Below, in pieces: positions 63,879 through 64,000 of a stretch of DNA of 64,000 nucleotides (its first letter is position 1; the number at the start of each line of letters is the position of its first letter). The stretch is from the NCBI GenBank assembly GCA_964188305.1, contig OZ076886.1, one strand, 5' to 3'. The notes beneath the pieces are model-generated. The model was not told the origin of the DNA. It searched no databases and saw only the letters and a list, made by a program, of their open reading frames with translations. The stretch comes from Podarcis bocagei. Its lineage: Eukaryota. The translations under genes and the position numbers were made by a program.

Positions 63879-63880
63879 AA
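63837..63880 (-). ncRNA. Minimal type I hammerhead ribozyme motif (copy 2)
   Basis: RNA UUGGUAU-CUGAAGA-A-GUGUG-CAUG-CACAC-GAAA-GC-UU/AUACCAA: 7-bp stem I, intact CUGANGA and GAAA core, 5-bp stem II, palindromic AGCU in place of stem III. Confidence 0.8.
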
Positions 63881-64000
63881 AATAGCATGTCCACTAACAC
63901 ACTGAGAGTAGCACTCAAAGCTACAAAATGAATTGTCACAAAGCAGGACTTCTGAACAGGAAAGAGAAAACGGTATAAGTGCAATATATTCTGAACAAAA

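Overview
Non-coding, repeat-rich vertebrate DNA, almost certainly from a squamate and probably a lacertid lizard (inferred from Sauria/Squam1 SINEs and Squam3-type SINEs with a (CTT)n tail). No host protein-coding exon can be supported. The only protein-like ORFs are 3' fragments of L1-clade ORF2 and L2 ORF2. The window holds 8 Sauria SINEs, about 9 TA-flanked Tc1/mariner (pogo/Tigger-like) MITEs, 6 hAT-type MITEs with perfect 8-bp target-site duplications (TSDs), 3 L1 fragments (one nested in another, one in a probable solo LTR), L2, CR1 and Bov-B tails, palindromic MITEs and microsatellites. Several repeat-free, homeodomain-motif-rich blocks may be conserved enhancers. The most interesting signal is a pair of ~135-bp Penelope-type insertions (62494-62630, 63746-63878). 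Each carries a minimal type I hammerhead ribozyme on the minus strand, and their defects are complementary, so they could form one split ribozyme across ~1.26 kb. Penelope hammerheads are a known class; the split pairing is an untested hypothesis. Family names come from recognition by eye, not from database searches.
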